This document shows, one piece after another, positions 38,771-48,440 of a stretch of 64,000 nucleotides of DNA. The notes under the pieces are model-generated. The model ran no database searches. It saw only the letters and a program-made list of their open reading frames with translations, and was not told the DNA's origin. Origin of the DNA: Candidatus Sulfotelmatobacter sp. (GTDB lineage Bacteria; Acidobacteriota; Terriglobia; Terriglobales; Acidobacteriaceae); contig JADGNP010000001.1 in assembly GCA_017883425.1 (NCBI GenBank), forward strand, positions 2,514 to 66,513, in the 5' to 3' direction. A program made the translations under genes and the position numbers. The first letter of the stretch is position 1, and each line of letters opens with the position of its first letter.

Positions 38771-40484
38771 TTGCTCGCGGATCGAGTGGCCGCGTAAATC
38801 CTTCTGGATACTGGGTTGGGCGGGTGCGGTGATATCGGCCTCACTGATGACCGTCGCTCAAACGGCTCCCGAAGTGCAGTTTGCCGACATCACGGCTCAG
38901 AGCCACGTCGATTTCACTCAGGAAAACTCCGCCACTTCGAATAAATACCTGATCGAAACCATGGGTGGCGGTGTGGCCCTCTTCGACTACGACAATGACG
39001 GCCGACTGGACATTTTCTTCACCAATGGCGCGCTGCTTTCCGATCCAATGCCCGATGGCAAGATGCCCGACAAATCGCACAAGGAGTTCTGGAATCGCCT
39101 CTACCACCAGAATGCAGACGGTACCTTTACCGAAGTGACGGAACATGCCGGTCTTACCGGAATGCCCCAGGGGTACTACAGCATGGGCGTGGCAGTTGGC
39201 GACTATGACAACGATGGTTTTGAAGATCTGTACGTCACCGGATACGGCGGAAACATTTTGTATCACAACAACCACGATGGAACCTTTACCGATGTCACCG
39301 AGAAAGCCGGGGTCAGAGGGGGGGGCTGGAGTGCGAGCGCGGGGTTTTTTGATTATGACAATGACGGAAGACTTGACCTACTCGTCACGCGCTACATTGA
39401 CTGGACACTTAAGACGAATCGCTATTGTGGAGAAAGACCCCCGAATGGCGTTCGTGCCTACTGCCACCCGGATAATTACGACGGCTTGACGAATATCCTG
39501 TATCACAACAACGGAGATGGCACATTCACCGATGTTTCTCAGAAGGCAGGAATCGCCAATCCGCACGGCAAGGGGCTGGGCGTTTCTTTTGCCGACTACG
39601 ATGGCGATGGCTTCACTGATGTTTTTGTCGCAAATGACTCCGTGCAATGCTTTCTCTACCACAACAACGGCAACGGCACGTTCAGCGAAGTCGGTCTGCT
39701 CGCCGGCGTCGGTTACAACGAGGATGGCAAAACTTTCGCGGGCATGGGGATCGACTTCAGCGACTACGACAACGATGGCCTGCCTGATATCGTGGTTACC
39801 GATCTCTCCAATGAACGCTACATGCTATTTCGTAATGAGGGGACGGGCACGTTTCGCGATGTGACCAACACCTCCGGCATCGGGAGCGCCACTCTGGCTT
39901 TCTCTGGTTGGAGCACCCACCTTTTCGATTATGACAACGACGGCTGGAAAGACCTGTTCGTCGCGCAGTCTCATGTCATGGACACGATCGAGAAGACTTC
40001 CCCCAACCTTCGGTATCTGCAACCGCCTTTGTTGCTCCGCAATGTGTCCGGCCATTTTTCGCGGGTCGTCGCTGGAGAGGTCTTCCGGAAAGACTGGGCA
40101 GGGCGCGGCGCCGCTTTTGGTGACATCGACAACGATGGCGACACGGATATTGTCGTCAGCAATCTTGGCCAGAAAGCGTACTTACTTCGGAATGACGGCG
40201 GAAACAGGAATAACTGGATCGGCATTCAGCCCGTGGGCACTAAATCCAATCGCGATGGCATCGGAGCACGAATCAAGGTCGTGTCCGCTTCCGGCCTGAC
40301 GCAGTACTTTACGGTGAACACGGCGGTCGGCTATCTTTCCGCCAGTGATAAACGCGTGATTGCCGGTCTCGGCAGGGACTCCAGCGCCAAACTGATCGAA
40401 ATTCGATGGCCCTCGGGAATCGTGCAAAAATTTGAGGACGTCAAAGCCCGCCAATATCTCAAGGCGGTCGAACCCACCCAATGA
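38763..40484 (+). CDS. FG-GAP 7-bladed propeller + ASPIC/UnbV protein (CRTAC1-like), Sec signal; paralogue 2, subtype II
   Basis: 573 aa. GTG start with GGAGG 5 nt upstream, overlapping the TPR stop by 8 nt. Seven loops: FDYDNDGRLD, GDYDNDGFED, FDYDNDGRLD, ADYDGDGFTD, SDYDNDGLPD, FDYDNDGWKD, GDIDNDGDTD. C-terminal NWIGIQPVGTKSNRDGIGARI. Confidence 0.85.
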   Translation: MSSCSRIEWPRKSFWILGWAGAVISASLMTVAQTAPEVQFADITAQSHVDFTQENSATSNKYLIETMGGGVALFDYDNDGRLDIFFTNGALLSDPMPDGKMPDKSHKEFWNRLYHQNADGTFTEVTEHAGLTGMPQGYYSMGVAVGDYDNDGFEDLYVTGYGGNILYHNNHDGTFTDVTEKAGVRGGGWSASAGFFDYDNDGRLDLLVTRYIDWTLKTNRYCGERPPNGVRAYCHPDNYDGLTNILYHNNGDGTFTDVSQKAGIANPHGKGLGVSFADYDGDGFTDVFVANDSVQCFLYHNNGNGTFSEVGLLAGVGYNEDGKTFAGMGIDFSDYDNDGLPDIVVTDLSNERYMLFRNEGTGTFRDVTNTSGIGSATLAFSGWSTHLFDYDNDGWKDLFVAQSHVMDTIEKTSPNLRYLQPPLLLRNVSGHFSRVVAGEVFRKDWAGRGAAFGDIDNDGDTDIVVSNLGQKAYLLRNDGGNRNNWIGIQPVGTKSNRDGIGARIKVVSASGLTQYFTVNTAVGYLSASDKRVIAGLGRDSSAKLIEIRWPSGIVQKFEDVKARQYLKAVEPTQ

Positions 40485-42244
40485 TCACTCGCCGGGAATT
40501 GATGTTCAGAATTGCAACTGCGGCGGGCTCTACCCTGATTCTTCCATCCCGATTCGCCCTTGCTCAGGGAATTTCGTCCCGCGGCATGAAGCCGCAACCG
40601 CGCGGCAAGCCATCCGGTCGTCCATTTTTTGCGCACTTCGTTGACGTTGCAAAAGAGGCTGGATTGAAGGAGTCCATCGTCTACGGTGGTCTCGAAACAA
40701 AAAACTACATCGTCGAGGTAGTTGGAGCTGGGGTTGCATTCCTTGACTATGACAATGATGGCTGGATGGATCTACTGGTGCTGAACGGCACTCGACTTGA
40801 AGGCGATCCGCCGGGCGTCACCAATCGCCTGTACAAGAACAATCGAGATGGTACGTTCACCGACGTGACCGCAAAAGCAGGGCTGATACGGGCTGGCTGG
40901 GCTTCGGGCGTGACCGTTGCCGATTATGACAACGACGGTTTTGACGATCTCTTTATCACCTACTACGGCCACAACGTGCTTTACCACAACAATGGCAACG
41001 GCACGTTCTCTGATGTGACGAACAAGGCTGGGCTCTCGCAGAGCGCTGTGCGTTACGGTTCGGGCTGCACTTGGGTGGACTACGACCGCGACGGACACCT
41101 CGATCTCTTTGTTGCTAACTACCTCAGCACTACTCTCGATAAGTTGCCAAAGCCGGGAACGAACCCTGACTGCACCTGGAAAGGTGTTGCGGTGAACTGC
41201 GGTCCCCGCGGCCTGCCTACCGGCTTCGTGCAGCTTTTTCATAACAACGGCAACGGTACTTTTACAGAAGTCAGTAAACAGAGTGGCGTGGCGTCCGCAT
41301 CCGGTTCCTATCCCATGACGTGTGTGGCAGCCGACTACGATAATGACGGCTGGCCTGATATTTACGTCGCGTGCGATTCCACCCCTAGCTGGATGTTTCG
41401 CAATCAGCACGATGGCACTTTTCGCGAAGAGGCCCTCGAACGCGGCGTCGCGCTCAGCGAAGATGGACTAGTGCAAGCCGGCATGGGCGCAGCAGTGGGG
41501 GATATTGATCTAGACGGGAATCTCGACATTTTCAAGACTAACTTTGCCGACGATACGAACATTCTCTATCACAACGACGGCAAGGGCAACTTCGACGACG
41601 TCACCATTCATTCCGGCTTAGGCGTTGAAACACGCTACGTCGGATGGGGTGCAGGAATCGTTGATCTGGACAACGACGGCTTCCCCGATCTCTTTGTGGC
41701 GACCGGAAGTGTTTATCCCGAAGTTGAAAAGAAAGTGCCGGCCTACCCGTTTCGGACTCCACGCCTGGTCTTTCGCAATCTGGGCGACGGCAGATTCGAG
41801 GAGTTAATCGAAGAAGCTGGCCCGGGCGTCTCCGATGTGCACGCCAGCCGCGGGTGCGCTTTCGGGGACTTCGACAATGATGGCGACATCGACGTCCTCA
41901 TCTGGAACATGAACGAGCCTCCTTCTTTGCTGCGAAATGATCTGTCCGGGAGAGGCCACTGGCTGAAAGTCTTCCTCATTGGAGTCCGCAGCAATCGCAG
42001 CGCGATTGGCGCGCGAGTGACTGCCCGGTACGGCAACCGTCTGCAATCGCAGGAGGTTAGCGCGCAATCCAGCTTCTATTCTGTGAACGACCGCCGCTTA
42101 CACTTCGGGCTTGGAAACGAAACAGTGGCGCATCTGAGCATTCGCTGGACAAACGGCACCACAGAGACTGTTCCAAACGTTGCGGCCGACCAACTCGTCG
42201 TCATTCGCGAAGCGGCGGGGATCATTCACAAGCAAAAGTTCTGA
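40481..42244 (+). CDS. FG-GAP 7-bladed propeller + ASPIC/UnbV protein (CRTAC1-like), Tat signal; paralogue 3, subtype I
   Basis: 587 aa. ATGA start/stop overlap with paralogue 2. Leader MITRRELMFRIATAAG. About 70% identical by eye to paralogue 1 (17506..19269). Seven DxDxDG loops. Confidence 0.85.
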   Translation: MITRRELMFRIATAAGSTLILPSRFALAQGISSRGMKPQPRGKPSGRPFFAHFVDVAKEAGLKESIVYGGLETKNYIVEVVGAGVAFLDYDNDGWMDLLVLNGTRLEGDPPGVTNRLYKNNRDGTFTDVTAKAGLIRAGWASGVTVADYDNDGFDDLFITYYGHNVLYHNNGNGTFSDVTNKAGLSQSAVRYGSGCTWVDYDRDGHLDLFVANYLSTTLDKLPKPGTNPDCTWKGVAVNCGPRGLPTGFVQLFHNNGNGTFTEVSKQSGVASASGSYPMTCVAADYDNDGWPDIYVACDSTPSWMFRNQHDGTFREEALERGVALSEDGLVQAGMGAAVGDIDLDGNLDIFKTNFADDTNILYHNDGKGNFDDVTIHSGLGVETRYVGWGAGIVDLDNDGFPDLFVATGSVYPEVEKKVPAYPFRTPRLVFRNLGDGRFEELIEEAGPGVSDVHASRGCAFGDFDNDGDIDVLIWNMNEPPSLLRNDLSGRGHWLKVFLIGVRSNRSAIGARVTARYGNRLQSQEVSAQSSFYSVNDRRLHFGLGNETVAHLSIRWTNGTTETVPNVAADQLVVIREAAGIIHKQKF

Positions 42245-42296
42245 GCGGCGCGGATCAGCCTCATCATCCCCCAGAAAAGCTGCTAGCCTCTAGTCA

Positions 42297-42308
42297 GAAA
42301 ACGATTTC
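42297..42308. promoter_or_regulatory. LacI-type operator candidate GAAAACGATTTC (extended palindrome CAGAAAACGATTTCTG, 42295..42310)
   Basis: 16-nt inverted repeat with one mismatched pair, in the 468-nt region upstream of TBDR-2. Confidence 0.4.
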
Positions 42309-42463
42309 TGCACGCTCGCAGATAGGGTGTAGGGCGTGGCTGGACGCTGCAGACGCCTACCAGGCGCGCGCCAAGCGAGCACAAATTCAGAACCCGATCC
42401 CCTGCAAGCAAGAATACTCGCAACAGAATGCTTTTTGCAGATGGAGGCTGGCCTGCAAACGGG

Positions 42464-42475
42464 AAAAACGATTTA
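42464..42475. promoter_or_regulatory. Second operator-like site AAAAACGATTTA upstream of TBDR-2
   Basis: Shares the AAAACGATTT core with 42298..42307. Confidence 0.3.
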
Positions 42476-42572
42476 GATTAGCCGATTCTTTTCATAAACT
42501 TACAGGAGCGTCGAGACTTTCAGCCGAAGCCTTGACCAATCGGTTACCTCTACTGCCCTTTGCGCAGGTCCG

Positions 42573-42595
42573 AGGCGCCACTGTGCCTTTTTCTG
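42573..42595 (+). terminator. Weak terminator-like hairpin + T-run in the TBDR-2 upstream region
   Basis: AGGCGC-CACT-GTGCCT (6 bp including one G-U pair) followed by TTTTCT. Lies ~330 nt after the propeller-3 stop and 20 nt before the promoter candidate. Confidence 0.25.
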
Positions 42596-42614
42596 CTAGT
42601 ACAAAAGAATTAGC

Positions 42615-42643
42615 TTGACAGTGATGCCGGTTAGCAGTAAAAA
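42615..42643 (+). promoter_or_regulatory. Sigma70-like promoter candidate (TTGACA, 17-nt spacer, TAAAAA) for TBDR-2
   Basis: Perfect -35 hexamer at 42615..42620. A-rich -10 at 42638..42643. Lies ~70 nt upstream of the ATG at 42713. Confidence 0.3.
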
Positions 42644-42712
42644 ATGCATCCATCTGAGAAAAGGTTTTCTCGACATCGCGTGAGGTTTCGAACTTCAACC
42701 GGGAGGCGCGAG

Positions 42713-45700
42713 ATGAAACGCCGGCCGTTTTCTGCAATCTCTCTGCTGTTGGCCCTAGTTTGGTTCAGCAACGTACAATCGTTTGGTCAGTTTGCTGATC
42801 GAGCCATAATCACAGGCGTAGTCACCGATTCCAGCGGCGCGGCCATTCCAGACGCTCGGGTCACAATTACCGACGAGCAGACCAGCGTCAAGACAATAGT
42901 CGGTACGAACAGCGCCGGCAACTACAGCACCCCGCCCCTCATACTCGGCACCTACCGAGTGGATATCGAAAAACAAGGCTTCCGAATCTTCAGCCGCACC
43001 GGGAACTCGCTTACCGGCGGTCAAACCGTGCGTGTAGACGCAACGCTCGGTGTCGGCGCAACGACGGAAAGCGTACAGGTGGAGGCTGCGACCACTGAAC
43101 TCGTCAACACCGAGAATGCGACGGTTCAGCATACGATCGGCGAGGAATATTACCGCGATCTCCCAGCAGTGATGGGCGCCGACATCCGTTTAGCCGAGTC
43201 CCTGCTGCAGCTTCAGCCGGGCTACGTGCCCATGCAGCCCAACGGCGATGCCATTTTCCGCGGAAGCCAATTCACCTCGCGCATGAATGGCGGCCAGACG
43301 ATGGCTACCGAGAACTGGTTTGATGGTGCGGCTTTCGGATACGCAGAGGGGCATCAGCAGACACAAGAAAGCTCGATCCCTTATCCCTCGGTGCGTGAAA
43401 TGACAGTTGTTCAGAACACCTTCTCCGCACAGTATGGCCACACCAGCGGCGGATTCATTACCTACACCACGAAGTCGGGCACCAACAAACTGCACGGCAA
43501 CGTCTACGACTTCTATACAAACAACAAATTCGACGCCTCGAATTACTTCGTAGGGCCACTGCTCAAGGCTGGCGGCTTGGGAACCACACTGCCTCTCGGC
43601 CAAAACAACTGGGGTTTTGCACTTGGCGGTCACGTTCCCAAACTGAAACAAACCTTCTGGTTTTTCAACCTCGATGGTCTTGATTACCACAGCACCGTGA
43701 ACACGGGCTTCGTGAACACTCTTCCGACTACAGCCCAGAGGGCGGGCAACTTCAGCGACCCCCAGATCCTGACGGGAGCCCAGGCGGTGGACTCGAATAA
43801 TAATCCAATTTTTGATGCTCTTGATCGGCCGGTTTTTCAGGGGGAGATCTACAACCCTGCGACTACAAGACTGGTGGGCGGCGTGCCCGTTCGGGATGGT
43901 TACGGTTTTGACCCCACCACCGGTTTGCCGATTGCTGGGCAGGCAAACATTATTCCCAGTAGTGACCCGTTATGGAGTCCTCTGGCGACCGCCGTTATTC
44001 CCAATATCCCGGCTCTTGATCGCGACCAGCTGCGCGCGAACGGCTTCGGTGGAAGCTCGGATGACAATGACAAGATCAACGTGCGGACGTGGTTATTCCG
44101 CTTCGATCATAACTTCAACGACAAGTTCTCGATCTCGAACACGTATTACGAAAATATGCGGCCGCGTACTGCTCACTGCGGTGGCCCGCAGGGCTGCAAT
44201 ACGATCCACAATGGCCAAACCGACTCTGCGGCGAACGACACCTACATTGGCCAGGGGTTCTATCAGCGCGTTACCAACCACTTTGAACACCTGCAGATGA
44301 ACTGGATCATCAAGCCAAACTTGTTTAACCATACGACCTTGGCTTATGACCGCTGGATGATGCTCGGAAATCAACTGTCCGGCGGAGTGGGATGGAATCA
44401 GAAACTGGGGCTCGGGCTTCCCGATGCGCCGGTCTTCAACAACGCTGGATTCCCTCAGCTCAACTTCAATGGCTCGGTTGGTTACACCCACTTTGGAACA
44501 CCGTGGGCTAGTGGGGGAGCTGATATCAACAACCGCTATCAGTTCTTGGACGACGTGGCTTGGACCGTCGGCAAGCATACGATCAAGGCTGGTGTCGAAT
44601 ACCGTTACATGACCTTCCCGCAAACAGGGTGGGCTGTTAACACCGGCGGCAACTTCAATTTTGCGGATAACGAAACCGCTGGCTACAACAAAGCTGGTGC
44701 GATTCTGAATGCGGGAAAAACCGGCAATGAGTTCGCGTCCTTCATCTTGGGTCAGGTCGACAGCGCCAATTTCTCGGTGCCGTTCAGATACATGCCGAAG
44801 ATGAAATACGGCTCGTTCTGGGGCAATGACGACATCAAGGTCACCAAGAACCTGAACCTGACCTTGGGACTGCGCTTTGACTGGCAGGGAGGCCTCAGCG
44901 AAGAGTACAACCGCTTCTCTACGTTCGATCCTACAGTTCCGAATCCGGTCGGCGTGCCAGGGGCGACTATCTTCAACAGTTCGAAGGCGAACGGAAAGTC
45001 CAGTTGGAACGTTGGTCCGCGCTTCGGATTTGCCTACTCCTTCAACCCGAAGACGGTCATTCGTGGCGGCTATGGCATGTACTACGCCGGCGTCCAGGCC
45101 GACTCTTGGGATCCGTACCCAGTCGATGGTTATCAAACCAACCCCGTGGCGCCGAATACGACGAATGGGCTTGCCCCGGCTTTTTACTTCAATGGCACGG
45201 GAGCGTGCCCCTCTACTCTCACCCAGATCACGACAGTGAGCGTCTCTTGCGGTTGGCCCGCGGGCTCCATCACCTTGCCGCCGCAACTGAGGGCTGACGT
45301 AGCGAACGGTGGTAACCCGGTTGGTGTCGACCCGCGCACCTACACCATGCCGCGGTATCAGAACTGGTCTCTGTCGTTCCAGCGTCAGTTAAGTCGCAAC
45401 ATGGGAATTGACATCGCTTATGTGGGTAACCATGGTACGCGCCTGATCGATGGGCGCAGCTCCGCTGGCGTATATGACAATATGAACCCGGCAAGCGTCC
45501 TCAGCCTGGGTGCTCCAGTTCTGAACACTACCTTCACCGATGGCGTGTGCAATGGCGATTGCGGTGGAGTAGCTGCTCCGTACCCGACTTTTAGCGGAAC
45601 TGTGGCGCAGGCGCTGCGAAGCTGGCCGCAATACCAGCAGATCAATTGGCGATTCTTCCCGTTCGGGAATAGCCACTACAATGCCCTGCAAGTTGCCTTT

Positions 45701-46420
45701 GAGCGACGTATGAGTGCGGGTTTGCAGCTGAAAGTCTCCTACACCTACTCTCGGCTTATGAACAATGGCTCGGAGACGGGATTAGGGTCCGGGGGGCCTC
45801 CGGTCCAGAATCCCAGCGATATGCGGGACCTGTACAGCGTCAGTTCCGACGACGTGCCCCACATCTTCTCGTTCGGTTGGGTTTACCATCTGCCGTTCGG
45901 CAAGGGCCGGCCCCTTGCAAGTAATGCGTCAGGTCTCTTGAACAAGCTTATCGGTGACTGGCAGATCTCGGGTATTCAGAGTTACTCGTCTGGCAGACCG
46001 CTGTCGATCACGATGCCGAATGACATGGGGGGATACCTGTTCAATTACGCAAAGTTCCCGAATAAAGACGGCAGCGGCCGCTCCGGGAAGTTCAATAATC
46101 CCTACACCGACTCTTACTTGAACCAGGGCGGTTGGTCCGATCCCGGTGCACTCGCGTTCGGTAACGCGCCGAGAATGGATGCGAATGTACGCGGATTCAA
46201 GTACTTCAACGAGGACATTTCAATCTACAAAGACACCTTCTTCGGCGAGGACAAATACGTGAGGTTTGAAGCCGATGCAGGCAACGCCCTGAACCGCGTC
46301 TTCTTCTGCCCGGTGGATCAGTTCTGGATTCCCAACAACGGTAACGGTAACTTTGGGAAGACCGGCAGCCAGTGCAACATCCCGAGGCGAATCCAGTTCG
46401 GGTTGCAATTGTTCTTCTAG
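42713..46420 (+). CDS. TonB-dependent outer-membrane receptor-like barrel with N-terminal CarboxypepD_reg domain (TBDR-2)
   Basis: ~1235 aa from the ATG at 42713, with RBS GGGAGG at 42701..42706. Signal MKRRPFSAISLLLALVWFSNVQSFGQ. Beta-sandwich GVVTDSSGAAIPDARVTITDEQTSVKTIVGTNSAGNYSTPPLILGTYRV. C-terminal IQFGLQLFF. Confidence 0.85.
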   Translation: MKRRPFSAISLLLALVWFSNVQSFGQFADRAIITGVVTDSSGAAIPDARVTITDEQTSVKTIVGTNSAGNYSTPPLILGTYRVDIEKQGFRIFSRTGNSLTGGQTVRVDATLGVGATTESVQVEAATTELVNTENATVQHTIGEEYYRDLPAVMGADIRLAESLLQLQPGYVPMQPNGDAIFRGSQFTSRMNGGQTMATENWFDGAAFGYAEGHQQTQESSIPYPSVREMTVVQNTFSAQYGHTSGGFITYTTKSGTNKLHGNVYDFYTNNKFDASNYFVGPLLKAGGLGTTLPLGQNNWGFALGGHVPKLKQTFWFFNLDGLDYHSTVNTGFVNTLPTTAQRAGNFSDPQILTGAQAVDSNNNPIFDALDRPVFQGEIYNPATTRLVGGVPVRDGYGFDPTTGLPIAGQANIIPSSDPLWSPLATAVIPNIPALDRDQLRANGFGGSSDDNDKINVRTWLFRFDHNFNDKFSISNTYYENMRPRTAHCGGPQGCNTIHNGQTDSAANDTYIGQGFYQRVTNHFEHLQMNWIIKPNLFNHTTLAYDRWMMLGNQLSGGVGWNQKLGLGLPDAPVFNNAGFPQLNFNGSVGYTHFGTPWASGGADINNRYQFLDDVAWTVGKHTIKAGVEYRYMTFPQTGWAVNTGGNFNFADNETAGYNKAGAILNAGKTGNEFASFILGQVDSANFSVPFRYMPKMKYGSFWGNDDIKVTKNLNLTLGLRFDWQGGLSEEYNRFSTFDPTVPNPVGVPGATIFNSSKANGKSSWNVGPRFGFAYSFNPKTVIRGGYGMYYAGVQADSWDPYPVDGYQTNPVAPNTTNGLAPAFYFNGTGACPSTLTQITTVSVSCGWPAGSITLPPQLRADVANGGNPVGVDPRTYTMPRYQNWSLSFQRQLSRNMGIDIAYVGNHGTRLIDGRSSAGVYDNMNPASVLSLGAPVLNTTFTDGVCNGDCGGVAAPYPTFSGTVAQALRSWPQYQQINWRFFPFGNSHYNALQVAFERRMSAGLQLKVSYTYSRLMNNGSETGLGSGGPPVQNPSDMRDLYSVSSDDVPHIFSFGWVYHLPFGKGRPLASNASGLLNKLIGDWQISGIQSYSSGRPLSITMPNDMGGYLFNYAKFPNKDGSGRSGKFNNPYTDSYLNQGGWSDPGALAFGNAPRMDANVRGFKYFNEDISIYKDTFFGEDKYVRFEADAGNALNRVFFCPVDQFWIPNNGNGNFGKTGSQCNIPRRIQFGLQLFF

Positions 46421-46439
46421 CCCTCTCCAGAAGGCTACA

Positions 46440-46475
46440 GGGATGGTCCAACACGGACCATCCCGTTATTTTTCT
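46440..46475 (+). terminator. Rho-independent terminator after TBDR-2
   Basis: GGGATGGTCC-AACAC-GGACCATCCC (perfect 10-bp stem) followed by GTTATTTTTCTTCT. Starts 20 nt after the stop. Confidence 0.8.
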
Positions 46476-46534
46476 TCTGCCATTTTTGCGGCAGAGTAGA
46501 AAGAGGCTAAGGAAGTGCACGTACCCCAGGGAGG

Positions 46535-48433
46535 TTACTTTCCTAGCTTCTCTCGCCGTATGATGCCGTGGCCTTCCTGCAGCACCAGCAGTTGATTGGC
46601 ATCAACATTCTTGAAGGACTCGACCAGGCCTAGCGGCCAACGCACTTCGACCAAGTCCGCCAGTTTGGCCTGACCCAGGCCGAAATGCAGGCGCAAATCG
46701 TTCTGCGAGATGTAACTCGATCCGCTCATGACTTCGTTGATCTGGGAGTGCCGCCCAGTCAATACGCGCACGCGGGCACCGATCGCGCTTCGGTTCGACT
46801 TGGTTCCAACGCATTTCACCTTCAGCCAGTTGTTCTTTGTCGAACAGTCATTTCGCAGCAGCGATGGCGGCTCATTCATGTTGATGATTACCATGTCGAC
46901 GTCTCCATCGTTATCGAAGTCCCCGAACGCTGCTCCCCGGCTGGGGCGCGGCTCTGTCAGCACTGCGCCGCTATCGGCCGTCACGTCAACAAAGCGGCCG
47001 TTCCCAAGATTGCGGTAGACGATCTTTCGCTGCTTGAAGGTGAGGTGCAGTTTCTTGCTATCAACTTCAGGAAACACGTGACCGTTCGACATGAATATGT
47101 CAGGCCAGCCATCGTTGTCGAAATCACAGAGGCCCACGCCCCATCCCAGGTATCTGGTATTTCCGCCCAGACCGCCCTGCAAGACCGCGTCGTAGAAGGT
47201 TCCATCTCCGTTGTTGTGGTATAGATTGGCTGTTTGATCAGAGTAGTTCGTCTTAACGATATCCAGCCACCCGTCACAGTCATAATCGCCGACGGCCACT
47301 CCCATCCCGCCCTGCATTCCGCCGTTCTCGTTCACCGCGCAACCGATTTCCCGTCCAACCTCCTCGAAGGTTCCGTTCCCCTTGTTGTGATAGAAACGGC
47401 TGGGGACCGAGTCACAAGCTACGTAAATGTCCGGCCAGCCATCGTTGTCGAAATCTGCAGCGGAGACACCCAGACCATAGGAACCGGTCGGAATCCATTG
47501 GTCGCTCACAAAGAAAGGGTCTGAAGGACCGCGAGGTACCGCAATTCCCGACTGCAGAGACACATCCTCGAACGTTCCGTCGCCGCGATTGCGATAGAGG
47601 ATGTTCGTTCCGCCGCCCATTCCCTGCGGCCCGCAGCCGACCGAGAGTCCAAAATAACGGCAGTAGGCATTCTTCCCGGCGAGCGGCGTAGTCTTCAGGT
47701 CGAAATTGACGTAGTTCGCGACGAAGAGATCGAGGTGGCCGTCGCGATTGTAGTCTACAAAGCAGCAGCCGGTGTTCCATCGCGGATGCGCGTCCTTCTG
47801 CACAAGACCTGCTTTTTCGGTGACATCGGTGAAGGTCCCGTCCCCGTTGTTGTGATACAGGACAATGCCACCCCAATAGGTCACAACCAGATCGTCGCAA
47901 CCGTCGTTGTCGTAGTCTCCAATGCAACAACCTTGGCCCCAGCCGGACCTGGCCAGGCCTGCTTTCTGGGTAACGTCGGTAAACGTGCCATCGCGATTGT
48001 TGTGAAACAGGAAATTGGTCGGCGGACGCGATGCCGAGATTCCCTCAAGCCTGGTCCCGTTGACCATGAAAATGTCCAGCCAGCCGTCATTGTCGTAATC
48101 GAAAAGAGCAACGCCACAGCCCGTTTCCTCAAGGATGTACTCTTTGCGCTCAACTCCGCCAAAGACGTTAATTGCTGCCGCGAGACCGGATTCTTTGGCA
48201 ACGTCTTTGAATGAGAAGCTTGCGACTGCGGATGGGCTCGTTGTCGCCCTTCGGCTAGTGGGGGCTGTCGTATGCTTCTGCAGTGCCTGTAAAGCCGGCA
48301 GTCCAGTGAGCAGTGAGGAAACAGGCAATATGGAGCCTAGTCGGCCCATGGCACCAAGGAAATCACGGCGGGAAAAGTGAGTCGCTGCCGATAAGTTGCT
48401 GGGCCCGTGAAGGTCGAGAATACGCCGGCTCAT
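46535..48433 (-). CDS. FG-GAP 7-bladed propeller + ASPIC/UnbV protein (CRTAC1-like), Tat signal; paralogue 4, subtype I
   Basis: The ATG at 48433 gives MSRRILDL...FSRRDFLGAMGRLGS; the track start at 48517 overlaps the TPR gene. Seven loops from FDYDNDGWLD to GDFDNDGDVD. C-terminal NWLKVKCVGTKSNRSAIGARV. Confidence 0.85.
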   Translation of the reverse strand: MSRRILDLHGPSNLSAATHFSRRDFLGAMGRLGSILPVSSLLTGLPALQALQKHTTAPTSRRATTSPSAVASFSFKDVAKESGLAAAINVFGGVERKEYILEETGCGVALFDYDNDGWLDIFMVNGTRLEGISASRPPTNFLFHNNRDGTFTDVTQKAGLARSGWGQGCCIGDYDNDGCDDLVVTYWGGIVLYHNNGDGTFTDVTEKAGLVQKDAHPRWNTGCCFVDYNRDGHLDLFVANYVNFDLKTTPLAGKNAYCRYFGLSVGCGPQGMGGGTNILYRNRGDGTFEDVSLQSGIAVPRGPSDPFFVSDQWIPTGSYGLGVSAADFDNDGWPDIYVACDSVPSRFYHNKGNGTFEEVGREIGCAVNENGGMQGGMGVAVGDYDCDGWLDIVKTNYSDQTANLYHNNGDGTFYDAVLQGGLGGNTRYLGWGVGLCDFDNDGWPDIFMSNGHVFPEVDSKKLHLTFKQRKIVYRNLGNGRFVDVTADSGAVLTEPRPSRGAAFGDFDNDGDVDMVIINMNEPPSLLRNDCSTKNNWLKVKCVGTKSNRSAIGARVRVLTGRHSQINEVMSGSSYISQNDLRLHFGLGQAKLADLVEVRWPLGLVESFKNVDANQLLVLQEGHGIIRREKLGK

Positions 48434-48440
48434 TTTAGGT

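Noticed and set aside
42492-42737. 81-aa minus-strand ORF in the TBDR-2 upstream region.
   Set aside because: It has no RBS and no recognisable family, and it overlaps the TBDR-2 start and promoter candidate. The region is better explained as regulatory DNA.
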